The position numbers were made by a program, and so were the translations under genes. 19,622 nt of DNA from an uncultured archaeon (lineage in GTDB: Archaea; Asgardarchaeota; Hermodarchaeia; Hermodarchaeales; Hermodarchaeaceae): NCBI GenBank assembly GCA_964347045.1, contig CAYFXC010000011.1, forward strand, positions 68,248 to 87,869, in the 5' to 3' direction. The notes under the pieces were generated by a model. That model saw nothing but the letters and a program-made list of their open reading frames with translations. It was not told the DNA's origin and ran no database searches. Shown here in pieces: positions 18,383 to 19,622 of the stretch; position 1 is the first letter of the stretch, and each line of letters begins with the position of its first letter.

Positions 18383-18838
18383 ATGACTGAAGAATATTCG
18401 GATTATTTGATGCATAGATCGCACTTGATAACCATTTTGGCTCTTATGAGTGGTTTCACGTTTACAGCCACGATAATTTTGGTTACCAGGCTTCCTGATC
18501 CGAATAGTGTTTTCTCACAAGTGATACTTTTGTTTGCAGCTATCTTGCTTAATGTCTTTGTGTTTCTGTTGTTGTTGAACACAGTTAACATCTATTTTTA
18601 TATACAGAATATTCCTGAACCAACCAGAACAACGAATTTCATCAGCCTAATGTCCGTCATAGGCATTGGGTTGTGGGGTTTTCTGTTACCCTTCATTTTC
18701 TTTGTCTTTAACCTCACACTTCTTGCATCTGTCTGCACGATTATATGGACGTTAATTCTTATCACGGGCATCATTGTTATCTGGAAGCCATTTGAACAGC
18801 GTCGAAGGGCAGGCCCTGTAAATCACCGGAAGAACTGA
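18383..18838 (+). CDS. Hypothetical 4-TM membrane protein
   Basis: ATG with GTGAGG upstream; four hydrophobic segments and a basic C-terminal tail. Confidence 0.8.
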   Translation: MTEEYSDYLMHRSHLITILALMSGFTFTATIILVTRLPDPNSVFSQVILLFAAILLNVFVFLLLLNTVNIYFYIQNIPEPTRTTNFISLMSVIGIGLWGFLLPFIFFVFNLTLLASVCTIIWTLILITGIIVIWKPFEQRRRAGPVNHRKN

Positions 18839-18878
18839 TTAGATCAAGGTGTCTCTATTAAGCAGTTTTAGGTGGATC

Positions 18879-18905
18879 GATGTAAAAGACGATTTTTGTC
18901 ATATC
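18879..18905 (+). repeat. 27-bp imperfect palindrome, copy C (GATGTAAAAG ACGATTT TTGTCATATC)
   Basis: 21/27 identity to copy A; lies between two convergent stop codons. Confidence 0.72.
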
Positions 18906-19049
18906 ACATATTACAAAATGCGTTTACAGGATTCATCAAAATGGATACACAGTATCATTTGTGAAAATGCCGAAATCTTCTCTTTAGAATCCACTGGATT
19001 AGACCACGGCAGTGGTCGATGCTCTGTTATGCCAATTCGATCAAGTTCT

Positions 19050-19259
19050 CTATGTGGCTGCGCCAACAATTAGGAGAATCAAACCAAGTATGATCAGGAT
19101 CAGCATGAGCTCCGAAAAAACGAACCCGGCTACCATGAGTTCATAGAACCCAAGATAGAAATAGGCTGCGTATAGACCAAAGCCAAGTACTTCCAAGATG
19201 ATTGGAAGAATCCCAACAATTAACAAGATTAATCCAAGGACTAGGATACCTTTCCTCAT
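19050..19259 (-). CDS. Small hydrophobic membrane protein (2 TM)
   Basis: MRKG followed by two long hydrophobic helices. GGAG lies upstream and TATAAATA is ~50 bp upstream on the minus strand. Confidence 0.75.
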   Translation of the reverse strand: MRKGILVLGLILLIVGILPIILEVLGFGLYAAYFYLGFYELMVAGFVFSELMLILIILGLILLIVGAAT

Positions 19260-19622
19260 CAGCTATCAACTCCATGGATGGAGGGATTCACATTGTCCTT
19301 CTACTATTTATAGCTGAGTATCCTCGTCTTTATACATATTAGATGCGTACCCATTTTTCACTACATCCCCTAGGTGATTTCCAAGACAAGTGGCCAAATA
19401 AAATGTAACTCAGCAGCATGTCCTGCAGGAGAGCAGTTGCAGTAGGCTGTTTTTCAGTGTGTTATAAGTCGCTTACTTGAGTATTGAAGATATATTTCAC
19501 TTTTTACAAATTTCGTAAATCCTTGCTGATTTGTTAATTACGAACTGTTTTATGTGGTCTTTACATAGTAACTTAACAGTGTTAAATTGGTTGAGCCGCG
19601 ATAGTAGGTACCACAGTGGAAC

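Noticed and set aside
16282-18905. 27-bp repeats as CRISPR repeats or canonical integron attC sites
   Set aside because: They are separated by 0.7-1.9 kb, with no cas genes, no RYYYAAC/GTTRRRY ends and no long bulged hairpin.
18849-19073. 74-aa ORF spanning repeat copy C
   Set aside because: GTG start, no family features, and it overlaps the convergent gene; treated as non-coding.
19595-19622. GCCGCGATAGT... at the window end resembles a tRNA 5' end
   Set aside because: Only 28 nt are visible and no D-stem can be formed. tRNAscan-SE on the extended sequence would be needed.

Overview
Archaeal chromosomal segment, judged from ribosomal protein L35Ae, an archaeal GTPBP1/2-type translational GTPase, a tungsten aldehyde:ferredoxin oxidoreductase and TATA-like promoters with GGAGG/AGGTG ribosome-binding sites. 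An Asgard-like lineage is plausible but cannot be proven from this window. The left two-thirds (1-13841) is gene-dense. It holds the 3' part of rpl35ae with a long K/T/S-rich tandem-repeat N-terminal extension, three winged-helix proteins, a membrane protein, a minus-strand M42 peptidase-HAD-GTPBP run, a divergent deoC (with an extra 4-Cys tail)-AOR-PAP2 run, a 1025-aa orphan helical protein and a C45 Ntn-hydrolase. The right third (13842-19622) is a low-coding-density accessory region of short unrelated genes (PiT, DUF6144/V4R-like, Zn-ribbon, DoxX, small membrane proteins). The most notable signal is three same-orientation copies of a 27-bp imperfect palindrome with a conserved asymmetric 7-bp centre (GATRTRAAAG-AYGATTT-KKKTYRYATC at 16282, 18193 and 18879). 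They bracket gene modules and resemble site-specific recombination sites. No recombinase, transposase, CRISPR array, rRNA or complete tRNA is visible.
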